Below are positions 19,269 to 28,957 of a stretch of 64,000 bases of DNA, piece by piece. Every line of letters begins with the position of its first letter. Position 1 is the first letter of the stretch. This DNA comes from a candidate division FCPU426 bacterium. Its GTDB lineage: Bacteria; Oederibacteriota; JAAXVQ01; JAUVAV01. The notes beneath the pieces were generated by a model. That model saw only the letters and a list, made by a program, of their open reading frames with translations, had not been told where the DNA came from and searched no databases. Both the position numbers and the translations under genes were made by a program. The stretch is taken from positions 320,001 to 384,000 of the forward strand of contig JBFLYH010000001.1 in assembly GCA_040756875.1 (NCBI GenBank), written 5' to 3'.

Positions 19269-19742
19269 TTACTTCTGTTTGAAAATATGGTCGTTTTTAC
19301 GGACTTTTTCATCCACCTTGATGCCCACAGCCTGGCCGGCAGCAGCCTGGCTGACCGGAGCATGCTCAATCTGAATAGAACGGACAATCTGTTCGGTATT
19401 GGTGGTAAAGCCGCGGATGGAAACCATTTCGCCTACGGACAAAGGCGCTTTCAATGTAGTCAGAATGACTTCCAAGTGGCTGAGATAATCCTCCACTACT
19501 CCGGCTAAAACTTCGTTTTGACGGGGTTGATGCCAGGCGGGTTCTGCGGCTGGCGCGGAAACCTTCTTTTTTGCCGGCGCGGATTTAATGGCGGGCTTTT
19601 TGACTTTCTTAGATGCGTTTTTTTTAACCGGCTTTTTAGCCCGTTTGATGCTTTTTTTAACGGGTTTTTTCGCGGCTTTGGCGGAAGCTTTCCGCTTCGG
19701 TTTGGCTTTGGATTTTTTGGCTTTTTTCTTCGCGGTTGGCAT
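19269..19742 (-). CDS. Lys/Ala-rich (histone H1-like) N-terminus fused to an EF-Tu-domain-II / peptidase U32-C-like beta-barrel
   Basis: KKKAKKSKAKPKRKASAKAAKKPVKK repeats, then GVVEDYLSHLEV...LSVGE.VSIRG...SIQIEH..V..A.AGQAVGIKV..KVRKND. Confidence 0.75.
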   Translation of the reverse strand: MPTAKKKAKKSKAKPKRKASAKAAKKPVKKSIKRAKKPVKKNASKKVKKPAIKSAPAKKKVSAPAAEPAWHQPRQNEVLAGVVEDYLSHLEVILTTLKAPLSVGEMVSIRGFTTNTEQIVRSIQIEHAPVSQAAAGQAVGIKVDEKVRKNDHIFKQK

Positions 19743-19895
19743 GGTCAGGCTTCACCCCCGTTTGAAAGATTTTGGAAAGAAGAAGCTTATCTGCCTTATA
19801 GCACTTTCGGGATGGAAAGGGAACAGGAAAGTAAAAGCCTGAAAAATGTCCTGCGGCCCGCCCTGGGCCAAGGCGGGTGGCGGTTTTCGCATGAT

Positions 19896-22409
19896 TTAAA
19901 TTGGATATTTAGGCTCGTTTTGGATTGGCCCATCATCCTGAAGCGGTAAGCGGATGATGAAGGTGGTGCCTTGGCCGCTTCGGGTGGTGACGTGGATGCT
20001 TCCCTGGTGACGGTTTACGATGATGTTGTGGGCAATGGTCAATCCTTGGCCCGTGCCTTTGCCTACTTCTTTGGTGGTGAAAAAGGGGTCGAAAATGCGC
20101 GTCAGCAGGTGCTCGGGAATGCCGGTGCCCGTATCAGCGACTCGGATCTCCGCATGGGCTCCCTCCATCCGGGTGCTGATGGTAATCTGACCCTTGCCTT
20201 TGCCCCCGCCTTCTGTTACGTCGCTGATGGTGTGCGCGGCATTGACGATTAAATTAAGGATGACTTGGTTGAATTCGCCCGCGAAGCAGGGCACCGCCGG
20301 GAGTTGAAGATCGAAATCGGTCACGACCTCCGCGATGTATTTCCATTCATTGCGCGCCACGATCAGGGTGCTGGAGATTGCTTCGTTGAGGTTGACGAGC
20401 GTTTTTTGAGAACTGTCCGGATGGGCGAAGTCTTTCATGGCCCGGACGATGGTGGTCACGCGCTTGATCCCTTCTTGAGCCTGCTGGATCGCCTTGGGAA
20501 CCTCGGTGGAGAGGTAGGGGAGGTCGGCTTTGGACAGACTCGTCTCCACCTGTGCGACCAGCGCGCGGTCGATTTCACCCTGACGGGCTGAATCCAACAA
20601 GGACGTATACCCGGAAATCACCGGTTTGATGTCCTCGAGGGATTCCTGCAAGAACCTCAGGTTGTCTCCCACGTATTGTGTCGGTGTATTGATTTCGTGC
20701 GCGATGCCGGCGGCCAATTGCCCGATGGACTCCAGCTTTTGGGCTTGCAGGAGTTTGGTTTGCAGGCGTTCTTTTTCCAGCTCGGCCTGTTTGCGTTCGC
20801 TGAGATTGCGGAAGATGCCCTGAATGATCGTTTTCCCCCGGATGGAAACCACGGAGGCGTTTATTTCCACCGGGATGAGTTTGCCGGTTTTGGTCTTGAT
20901 CTCCGCCTCGTCACCGACCGTGATTTTTTGGCTGATGCGCCTTTTGAATTCCCCCTCATAAAAGGTCCGCTTCTCCTCGGGATAGATCGATATGGCTGGC
21001 CGGCCGATCAGGGCTTCGCGGGGAGTTTCCAAGAGGGCCTCGGCGGCGTGGTTGCATTTAAGGATCAAGCCGGTGGAAGTGTCCGCCCAAAAGATGGCGT
21101 CCTTGGCGTTTTCGAACGCCAGCCTGAATTCTTCCTCGCTCTCGGTCAAAGCCTCTTCGACTTTGATCCTTTCCGATATTTCCACCAGCAAGGCGTCGCG
21201 CGAAACAGTGGTTTTTTCGAGCGCCACGGTCATTTGGTTGAAGCTGTCGGCCAATTCACCGATTTCGTTGCGGGAATGGATATCGATGTGCAGATTCATG
21301 TTGCCGCGGCTGATTTCGCGGGTGGCGTCCCGCAAACGGATAATCGGCTCGGTGATCTTTTTGGAAATCAGTATGCTGGCCAAAAGAACCAGCAACAGGC
21401 TGAGGAAAACAGCCCCGAAAGACATTTTCAACCCGCGGATCACGTTTTCGTAGGCTTCGGTCGCCGGCAGTTCCACCACCACCGCCCAGTTCGGCATGCC
21501 GAGATGGACGTGGTTGGATACGACCCAGGTGTTGAGAATGCCTTTGACGATATCCGTGTTGGTGGTATGCGTCTTGGTATCCCCTTGGGTAAAAATGTCA
21601 ACCTGTTTGAGGTACTTAAGGTTTTCGGCCTTTAATACGCGGCTGATGTCCTTGAAAGCCAATAGGACGCCTTGGTCGTTGACGACATAGGCCAATCCTT
21701 TTTTACCGATCTTGAGATTGTCAATCAATTCCCAAATGTACTTCAGTTTGACCTCGGCCAATAATACTCCTTTAAAATCGCCGAAGATATTGTTGATCGG
21801 AACGCCCATGATGACCATGGGTTCTGAGGTTATTTTATCCACGTAAACCGGGCTGATATATTGATCGCCTGGCTTTTGCAAGGCGCGGATCTTGCCGTCG
21901 ATTCGGCCGTAAAAACTGCTGGAATCGAGTTTGGACAAGCGGGAGAGCTGGGTGATCTCGTGGTATTGGGGATTGAGGATCGCCAATTGATTGAAGGAAG
22001 CTTCGGCCCCCATTATTTTGTTGAGTGTCAGTTTCAGGTTGGCCGAGTTCTCTTTGGCTAGATTGCCGAGGAGAATGGCGTTGGATAGGATCGTGAATTT
22101 GTCGTGAAGATACTCTCTGACGTGGTCAGTCGCATTTTGGGCAATGAGGTGCTGTTGCGAAACGATAACGGTCTTTTCATATTGATAGCTGGCGAAAATG
22201 ATGATGAGATACGAAAACAGCAGTACCAGAGTACAGAGGTGAAAAAAGGTTGAGAAAAGCGTGAAAGTCAAGCCCTGGAAACGAATGTTGTGCAAGCCGA
22301 GTCTGGAGACCAACGCACGCCAGGCTTGGCGCAGACGGTCAAACCACGAAGCCAAGCCGGGCCATGAATATCTATGTAAAGTGCGATTCGATTTCGAACC
22401 AAGCGTCAT
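19896..22409 (-). CDS. Sensor histidine kinase (TM-Cache-TM-HAMP-PAS-HisKA-HATPase)
   Basis: NEIGELADSFNQM (HAMP), AFENAKDAIF (PAS), QKLESIGQLAAGIAHEINTP, NLIVNA, DTGTGI, IFDPFFTTK.VGKGTGQGL. Confidence 0.9.
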   Translation of the reverse strand: MTLGSKSNRTLHRYSWPGLASWFDRLRQAWRALVSRLGLHNIRFQGLTFTLFSTFFHLCTLVLLFSYLIIIFASYQYEKTVIVSQQHLIAQNATDHVREYLHDKFTILSNAILLGNLAKENSANLKLTLNKIMGAEASFNQLAILNPQYHEITQLSRLSKLDSSSFYGRIDGKIRALQKPGDQYISPVYVDKITSEPMVIMGVPINNIFGDFKGVLLAEVKLKYIWELIDNLKIGKKGLAYVVNDQGVLLAFKDISRVLKAENLKYLKQVDIFTQGDTKTHTTNTDIVKGILNTWVVSNHVHLGMPNWAVVVELPATEAYENVIRGLKMSFGAVFLSLLLVLLASILISKKITEPIIRLRDATREISRGNMNLHIDIHSRNEIGELADSFNQMTVALEKTTVSRDALLVEISERIKVEEALTESEEEFRLAFENAKDAIFWADTSTGLILKCNHAAEALLETPREALIGRPAISIYPEEKRTFYEGEFKRRISQKITVGDEAEIKTKTGKLIPVEINASVVSIRGKTIIQGIFRNLSERKQAELEKERLQTKLLQAQKLESIGQLAAGIAHEINTPTQYVGDNLRFLQESLEDIKPVISGYTSLLDSARQGEIDRALVAQVETSLSKADLPYLSTEVPKAIQQAQEGIKRVTTIVRAMKDFAHPDSSQKTLVNLNEAISSTLIVARNEWKYIAEVVTDFDLQLPAVPCFAGEFNQVILNLIVNAAHTISDVTEGGGKGKGQITISTRMEGAHAEIRVADTGTGIPEHLLTRIFDPFFTTKEVGKGTGQGLTIAHNIIVNRHQGSIHVTTRSGQGTTFIIRLPLQDDGPIQNEPKYPI

Positions 22410-22410
22410 G

Positions 22411-23427
22411 TCAGCGAATGACCTCGTCGGCCCTGTTTAATAACCCTTCATCGACCTTTAAACCGGCTTTAATCGCGGCTTTGTAATTGATTTGAAGGTA
22501 TGTTTCAGCTGAAACCACGGGAACCGTGCCTGCCGGGGCGCCTTGGAACACTTTGTGGACGAGAAAGGCCGCTTGCTTGCCCTGGGCGATGTTTTGCGGA
22601 GTAAGCCCAAAGACGGATTCATAACCGCCGGCTGACATCATGACCCCGCCGATGGGGATCCGGCGGCGATCGGCAAATGCCCCTAAAGACTGGAACAGTT
22701 CCGGTGTGACACTGAGAGGTTCGATAATAAGAAGGATGGCGTCAGGAGGTCCGGATGCTTTTAATTGCTGCTTCAGGTTGGATTCAAGTTCCTGGGGAGT
22801 CGTTGCGGGGATTTCCACCAACGAAAACCCCTGAGAGGTACTGGCCTGCTTAAGAATGTCCAATTGGCAGGGGAGTATGGGATAACCGCGATAGTAGGGC
22901 ACCCATAATTTGCTTAAACGGGGAACCAACTCTTGCATGATCTCGAGGCGTTTGAGAACGATGTTCGGACCCAGCCAGCAAACGCCGGTTATATTTTCGC
23001 CGGGCGTGCGAATGCTGTCCACCAGCCCGGTGTTTTCCAGAAAGACGTTGACCGCAACCACCGGAGTTTTAGTGCCTTTGGTAAGGGTTTTGGCTTCCAT
23101 GGAGGCTTCGGTTGGGAACGCCAGGATCAAATCAACCTTGTCATCCAGGAATTTCTTCACGATATTTTGGTATGAGGCGATATCGACGTTTGATTTTTGG
23201 ATGTCATAGACGACATTCTTTCCTTCGATATAGCCGAACTCCGCCATCTTTTCTTTGAATCCGTCGCTGATGGTGGAAAAGTAATCCAAACCGGAAAGAA
23301 TGCCTATGCGGTAAACCGGATGTGAATTTGTACTGCAACTGCTCGTTAGACAAAAAACGCCAAAAGCGAGTAAACACGGGAGGTAAAATAATTTCGAAGC
23401 CGTATATGACTTTGGCATTCTCATCAA
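22411..23427 (-). CDS. ABC-type substrate-binding lipoprotein (ABC_sub_bind family), orphan
   Basis: GFKEKMAEFGYIEGKNV, GLVDSIRTPGENITGV, KRLEIMQEL, QINYKAAIKAGL; lipobox-like TSSC. Confidence 0.85.
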   Translation of the reverse strand: MMRMPKSYTASKLFYLPCLLAFGVFCLTSSCSTNSHPVYRIGILSGLDYFSTISDGFKEKMAEFGYIEGKNVVYDIQKSNVDIASYQNIVKKFLDDKVDLILAFPTEASMEAKTLTKGTKTPVVAVNVFLENTGLVDSIRTPGENITGVCWLGPNIVLKRLEIMQELVPRLSKLWVPYYRGYPILPCQLDILKQASTSQGFSLVEIPATTPQELESNLKQQLKASGPPDAILLIIEPLSVTPELFQSLGAFADRRRIPIGGVMMSAGGYESVFGLTPQNIAQGKQAAFLVHKVFQGAPAGTVPVVSAETYLQINYKAAIKAGLKVDEGLLNRADEVIR

Positions 23428-23467
23428 CTCCTTTGCTGATAGCTTGAATAGCCCCAGACGGCAGGAA

Positions 23468-23494
23468 TAATCGGCATTTATGCCTCGCTATTAG
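23468..23494 (-). promoter_or_regulatory. Candidate sigma28 (FliA)-type promoter
   Basis: Minus strand CTAA-N15-GCCGATTA, about 40 nt upstream of the binding-protein gene. Confidence 0.4.
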
Positions 23495-23802
23495 AATCGG
23501 CAATTCAGCCTTGAAATGTAGCCGAGAATTCCTCGGGGGAAACCTGAAAAGGCTTGAATTATATACGCGAATGCAAACCGGGGTGTTCCGGCTGGGGTAC
23601 GAAAGGATGCCAAGGCCTGGAAGTTCGAAAGAAAGCCGGCGTGCTGAATGAAGGGATGTGATGGGAAAAAATAAGACCGGCCGGGATTTTTATGAAACGG
23701 CATTCGATTCTGGTGTGATAAAATGCGTTTCAAAACAAATGGTCGGCGTCAGGGTCGGATGGATTTCGAAAGAACTTTACCCGGGCCGGAATTCCCATTG
23801 GG

Positions 23803-25548
23803 ATGATGATGAAAATATACTTGCGACAATTGGGCATAATTATTAAAAGGATGGCGCTGGGCGCCGTAACGTTGGGTCTCGCGGGAACGGCTCCTTGCTT
23901 TGCCGCAGAGTTGTTGCGCAGCGTTGGATATGGAAACGTAGATCCGCTTAGAGACGGCGCTACTCCGCCGGCGATAACCATGCGCATTATATCCAGCGCG
24001 CAATTCAGCGCAGATCTGCCTTTGAACATCGGGGTGGGTGACTGCATTATTTATGATTCGGGAACGGATCATGTTTATGATTCCGTCGCATTCATTTATC
24101 AGCGCCTGGATGCCCGTAACTATCAGGTTTGCGATGCCGCCGGACAGGATCCCGTTACCACTACTGGATATATTCAGGATTGGAGGATTTACCGGGCGTA
24201 TGCTTCGTTAGCGGATGCAGCCCGGGGTCTGGAAAATCCTGGGATGAGCGGTTTTTCAGGATGGAATTTTGACAATCACATGGCCAGCTTCGCCATGACG
24301 GATTCCTGGAGCTTTGCCTGTTATGCGGATGCCCCCAATACCAATACTGCGGATTTCAGCGCCTGGATGACCGCCATACCCCAAAATAGATTGAAAATAT
24401 TCGTTCCGGCTATCACCACTTCCGGCGGGGAAGTCGGTGTTTCTCAGAGGCACAACGGCGTGTGGAGCGCGAGCGCCTTTGTGTTCGTGGTCGGGAATTC
24501 AACCGGGCTGAATGTGATGAGAAATACAACCATTGAGGGCCTGCAATTTCAGAATACCGGCGGCACTGCCAATATTGCCGCCGTATACGGGGCATTCATC
24601 ACGGATTCGGATGTGCGAATAACGAAATGCATTTTCCGGGGACCCGGGGGCTCAACCGACGCCGTTCTCCATGCGCTTGATTTTGGCAATATGAACGCGG
24701 GAGAAGTCAAAATCTGGAACAATATTTTTTATGATTATAAAACCATTGCCGAAGGAAATGCGGCCATCTATGCGACCTCCACGGCAGCCGGCTTTCTGAT
24801 TCATTGTTACCACAATACCATTGTGAATTGCGAAAGCGGTATTAACGCGGCGAACCAAGCGGTTGCTTATGCCAAAAATTGCATGGTTTTGGATATCGAC
24901 CTCGCGTTGGGCGCCAGTTACAGCGGAGTGGCGGCAGCCGGTTCAACCAATAATCTGTCGAATGACGGCATTCTTCCTCCTGGGGCAGGCTCGAGGAACG
25001 GCACGCCGCTGTTTGCCGATGCCGCGGGCAAGAATTTCCATTTGGCCGCCGCGGACACGATAGCCTGCAATCAAGGCGCGGATTTAACCGGCGATGCCTA
25101 TTTGTATATCAACGATGATATTGATGGGAATATTCGGGGGGCATATGACGGTTGGGATATTGGTGCGGATGAACTGGCCCTGCAGCCCACTTTTACTCCG
25201 AGTGTTTCACCAACCATCAGTCCGACCCCGACTCAAACTCCGACACGGACGACGACCCCCTCGCTAAGCGCCTCCCTGCCTGAACCTGCCCAGGAAATCG
25301 CTTATCCCAATCCTGCCCGCAGCGGTGTGGTGGCTTTCACCAGCAGGCCCGGAACGGGTGAACGTGTGACGGTCCGGGTTTTCACCATGGCTTACCGCCA
25401 AGTTTGGCATGCGACGATTGCGGGTGTCCCGGGCCAGATCAATCGGATGGAATGGAACATCAGCGGCATGCCTCCGGGGATCTATCTGTACCAGATCGAA
25501 ACCGGCTCCAGAAAAACGCCATTTAAAAAATTGGCCATCATCAAATGA
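23803..25548 (+). CDS. Secreted beta-helix protein with Pro/Thr linker and T9SS-type-A-like C-terminal domain
   Basis: Signal-like N-terminus; KIWNNIFYD, CYHNTIVNC, NFHLAAADT...GADL...DDIDG...WDIGADE; TPSVSPTISPTPT linker; AYPNPAR...PPGIYLYQIE...KKLAIIK. Confidence 0.8.
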   Translation: MMMKIYLRQLGIIIKRMALGAVTLGLAGTAPCFAAELLRSVGYGNVDPLRDGATPPAITMRIISSAQFSADLPLNIGVGDCIIYDSGTDHVYDSVAFIYQRLDARNYQVCDAAGQDPVTTTGYIQDWRIYRAYASLADAARGLENPGMSGFSGWNFDNHMASFAMTDSWSFACYADAPNTNTADFSAWMTAIPQNRLKIFVPAITTSGGEVGVSQRHNGVWSASAFVFVVGNSTGLNVMRNTTIEGLQFQNTGGTANIAAVYGAFITDSDVRITKCIFRGPGGSTDAVLHALDFGNMNAGEVKIWNNIFYDYKTIAEGNAAIYATSTAAGFLIHCYHNTIVNCESGINAANQAVAYAKNCMVLDIDLALGASYSGVAAAGSTNNLSNDGILPPGAGSRNGTPLFADAAGKNFHLAAADTIACNQGADLTGDAYLYINDDIDGNIRGAYDGWDIGADELALQPTFTPSVSPTISPTPTQTPTRTTTPSLSASLPEPAQEIAYPNPARSGVVAFTSRPGTGERVTVRVFTMAYRQVWHATIAGVPGQINRMEWNISGMPPGIYLYQIETGSRKTPFKKLAIIK

Positions 25549-27014
25549 AACCTTCCTGCCTCATCTTTTTGATTTTATCTCTCGCAGGCGTTCTGGGAGC
25601 CCGTCCCGCTTTTGCCCAGGCGGCGGGCGAACTGTTGCTCCTTGATAAAGGGGCGCGCGCGGCAGCCTTGGCCGGTGCTTTGTGCGCTTCTCCGGAATCA
25701 GGTCCTTTCGGGTTTGTCTACAATCCGGCCGGATTGGCGGCTCAAAACGTCTTGGCTTTCGGTTTCGAGCATAATGAATGGGGACAGGGCATGCGCGGGG
25801 AATATCTGGCTGCTGCCAGCCCGCTGGGGTCCGGAACCCTGGCCGGGGCACTGGATTATTTTTCGTACGGGACCTTGGAAGTCACGGATGGAAACGGCCG
25901 GATCAGCGGTGAAACCCTCGCACCCTATCTGCTAGGGGCAAGATCCGCCTATGCCCTGTGGGTACGGCCTCGTCTGGCAGCAGGGGCCCAAGTTGATTTT
26001 TATATGGAAAACATCGGCGACTTCACCGAGCTGGGTGGCGGACTCTCTGTGGGTGCTTTCTGGAAGTCGCCCTGGCAGGGGGTGAGCGCTGGCTTGACGG
26101 TGCGAAATCTCGGGCTGACCCGCTCCGGCTATAGCCTTCCCAGCCGGGTGATTTTGGGCTGCTCCTGGATGAACGCCCTGGTCGATCGATTAGCACTCTA
26201 CCTGGAAACGGGATTTAATTGGGTGGATTCAGAGGCGGCTGTGGCTTTGGCCGCAGAATATCAAGCCCTTTCTTGGCTGGATCTGCGACTGGGATATCGC
26301 CCACATCTGTCTATGGCGGAAACCGCCCCCTTGGGTGTAACCGCTGGGATCGGGTTTCATTGGCAGGACTGGCAGCTGGGATATGCCGTGGTGCCTTTGG
26401 GGGAATGGGGCTGGGCTCACCGGCTCTCGCTGGAAATGGCGATTAAACCGGCTCCAAACCTGGAACAGATTCCCGGTAAAACTGCCGCAGTGTCGTCACA
26501 GCCTGCTCGAAAAACCGCCGAGGACATGGCCAAACAACTGGCCGGCGTGGTCAGAAAACGGTTTGAATTAGGGCTGAAACAATATCAGAATGGCAATTAC
26601 AAAGCCGCCATTCGCGAGTGGAAAATGGTATTGGATATTGCTCCTCATCATGAGGAAACCAAGGAATACATACAAAAAGCGGAAAACAAGTGGGAGGCAC
26701 TGCTGGACAATTACCGGCAGAACGCCAGGCAGGCCCGGCTGCAAAAGGATTTGGCGGAAGAGATAATGAACTGGAAGGACGTTTTGGCATTGGTACCCGG
26801 AGATCAGGAGGCGCAACAGGGGTTGGAGAGCGCCCAGAAACTGGTGCCTGCCATGGCCCAGGCCTATTACAACGCCGGCCTGGATGATTACAGCAAGGGC
26901 CGTTATCAGGAAGCAATAAAGAATTGGGAAAAAGTCCTGGCGTTGGATCCTGGTCACTACAAAGCCATGGAAAGCATCCAAAAAACCAAGGAAAAATTGA
27001 TAAAAATCGAATAA
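25545..27014 (+). CDS. PorV/PorQ-like outer-membrane beta-barrel fused to C-terminal TPR repeats
   Basis: LLLDKGARAAALAGA...YNPAGLA N-terminal motif, LTVRNLG, LRLGY, GVTAGIGF, YAVVPLGEWG.AHRLSL; TPRs FELGLKQYQNGNYKAAIREWKMVL and YNAGLDDYSKGRYQEAIKNWEKVLALDP. Confidence 0.8.
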   Translation: MKPSCLIFLILSLAGVLGARPAFAQAAGELLLLDKGARAAALAGALCASPESGPFGFVYNPAGLAAQNVLAFGFEHNEWGQGMRGEYLAAASPLGSGTLAGALDYFSYGTLEVTDGNGRISGETLAPYLLGARSAYALWVRPRLAAGAQVDFYMENIGDFTELGGGLSVGAFWKSPWQGVSAGLTVRNLGLTRSGYSLPSRVILGCSWMNALVDRLALYLETGFNWVDSEAAVALAAEYQALSWLDLRLGYRPHLSMAETAPLGVTAGIGFHWQDWQLGYAVVPLGEWGWAHRLSLEMAIKPAPNLEQIPGKTAAVSSQPARKTAEDMAKQLAGVVRKRFELGLKQYQNGNYKAAIREWKMVLDIAPHHEETKEYIQKAENKWEALLDNYRQNARQARLQKDLAEEIMNWKDVLALVPGDQEAQQGLESAQKLVPAMAQAYYNAGLDDYSKGRYQEAIKNWEKVLALDPGHYKAMESIQKTKEKLIKIE

Positions 27015-27021
27015 CCCATTC

Positions 27022-27050
27022 CATCCGAAGGGCTCCTGGCCCTTCGGATG
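27022..27050. terminator. Hairpin between convergent genes
   Basis: catccgaagggc-tcctg-gcccttcggatg. Confidence 0.55.
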
Positions 27051-28772
27051 CTACCTGGTTTTCATGTTGCGCGTTGATTCGTCAAGCGCATCGGCCACGT
27101 CGGAAATTTCCTGGGAACTGTTTTTAACCGAGACCATCGAGTTGTTCAGCTCTTCCATGCTGGCGGAGATTTCCTCCAGCGCCGAGGCGTTTTCATCCGC
27201 ATACATTGAGATTTCGTTCGTGATTTTACGAAAAGGATCTATCCGGTCCAATTGCTGCTTGGAAATATTCGACATGGAAGAAATGCGTTCCTCGAGCAAA
27301 GCGGCGGCTTCGACGATCTTTTTCAGCGAATCGTCGGCTTGATCCATGGCTTCGCGTCCGGAAGCGATGTGTTTGCCTCCGGTGGACATGGCTTCCAAAG
27401 TGGCTTGGTTTTCTTTTTGGATACGGCTGACAATGGCCGCGATTTGCTGCGCGGAAGCGTCGGTTCTTTCGGCCAGCGTGCGGATTTCTCCCGCCACCAC
27501 CGTGAAACCGCGGCCGGCATCGCCGGCGCGCGCGGCTTCGATGGCCGCGTTTAAGGACAACAGGTTCGTCTGATGCGTAATTTGTGTGATCACCTCGATG
27601 AATTGGACGATTTCCTGGATGGCGGCCGCCAGTTCCTTGACGCGTTTGGCAATTTGCTCGAATAAATTGAAAACCAGGTTCATCTTGCCTATGCCCGTCC
27701 GGATGATGCCGCCGCCTTTCTCGGCCGTTGTCTGCGTCAAATGAGTGACCTGGATGAATTCGTTAAAGTCGTGAATGAACTTCTTCATGGAGTCGGCCTG
27801 TTCCGCGATTGCTTGCGCCGCAGACTGTATCCTGTCCCGCTGCAATTCCGCATTTTTTGATACCGAGGAAATATTGCCGGTGATTTCTTCCGAGGCGGCA
27901 TTCGTCTCTTCTGCCAGCGCCGAAAGATGCTCCGAGGTTTTTTGCAAAGAGACGCTGAAAGTTTGGGTTTGGACGATCATGAGCCGGATGGATTCGCTGA
28001 ATCGGTCGAAGGAGGATGCGACTTTGCCTATTTCATCATGGCCGGAATAATTGAGGCGGCGGGTGAGATCGGCTTTTCCCGCTGCGAAATCCTGCATATG
28101 ATTGACCATGATGTCGTTCACGTTTCGCAGTTTCGCCAAAATGCGGATCACATAATTCATGAAGAAAGCGAAAGACAAAACGACGATGCCCGTGGTGCCC
28201 ACCATTGAGATGATGAACAACCGGTGGTCGGCTATGCCGCGTTTTTTAAGGTCCCTGAGAATGCTTTGGTTTTTAGCCGACAATTGACCGATGATGCTTG
28301 TTAAAAGATGCAGCTTTCCTTCGCCTGCGGAAACGGTGGAATTATCCAGGGTTCCTTTGATGGTTTTGACGGCATTGATGAGCAATTTAATCTCGTCGAT
28401 GTCCTTGCGATACTGGACGGGAATGGCGGAAAAACGGTTGTTCTCACGGTCGACGGATAGGTCTCCTCCCTGCAACATGACAGGGATGGAAAGCGTAAGC
28501 AGGTCCAACTGGGCCTCCATTTCATTCTTGAGGTTATAAATCTCGAAATCCTGGTTTGCCGCATAACGGCGCAAAAGATTGGTCTGGATCAATTTGCGGC
28601 TTACCGATTCGATCAATTGATTCTGATAAAGCAAAAGCCTTTCGTGGCGGCGGGTTTTTTCCTGCTTGTTATAGATAAACAGGGTGAAAATCAAGGAAAT
28701 CCCCAGCAGCAGTGGAATGAACACCGTAATGAGCAGGGTGAGGGAGTCGATTTGGCGGGATCTTTTAGTCAT
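27051..28772 (-). CDS. Methyl-accepting chemotaxis protein
   Basis: Two TM segments, [58 protein letters not shown] at 28772. Confidence 0.9.
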   Translation of the reverse strand: MTKRSRQIDSLTLLITVFIPLLLGISLIFTLFIYNKQEKTRRHERLLLYQNQLIESVSRKLIQTNLLRRYAANQDFEIYNLKNEMEAQLDLLTLSIPVMLQGGDLSVDRENNRFSAIPVQYRKDIDEIKLLINAVKTIKGTLDNSTVSAGEGKLHLLTSIIGQLSAKNQSILRDLKKRGIADHRLFIISMVGTTGIVVLSFAFFMNYVIRILAKLRNVNDIMVNHMQDFAAGKADLTRRLNYSGHDEIGKVASSFDRFSESIRLMIVQTQTFSVSLQKTSEHLSALAEETNAASEEITGNISSVSKNAELQRDRIQSAAQAIAEQADSMKKFIHDFNEFIQVTHLTQTTAEKGGGIIRTGIGKMNLVFNLFEQIAKRVKELAAAIQEIVQFIEVITQITHQTNLLSLNAAIEAARAGDAGRGFTVVAGEIRTLAERTDASAQQIAAIVSRIQKENQATLEAMSTGGKHIASGREAMDQADDSLKKIVEAAALLEERISSMSNISKQQLDRIDPFRKITNEISMYADENASALEEISASMEELNNSMVSVKNSSQEISDVADALDESTRNMKTR

Positions 28773-28957
28773 GGCTGTTTGCTGGGATGGGGAAGGCCTG
28801 GAGGATAAATAATCGCCGCGTGAGCGGTCCGCGGGGGAGGGCGGGGGCGAAGCGGGCAAGAAAAGAGGTGTGGAAAAGACCATTCCGTTGTCGAAATGAT
28901 TTGCTGGTTATGGCTGGCACGCTAGGCATTATGCGTCGGCTGCTCCTGGCACTGAGG

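Noticed and set aside
23560-23650. Possible c-di-GMP-I riboswitch (GCAAACC...GAAA...GCCGG)
   Set aside because: I could not place the GNRA loop/receptor and P2/P3 pairing convincingly; it needs an Infernal scan.
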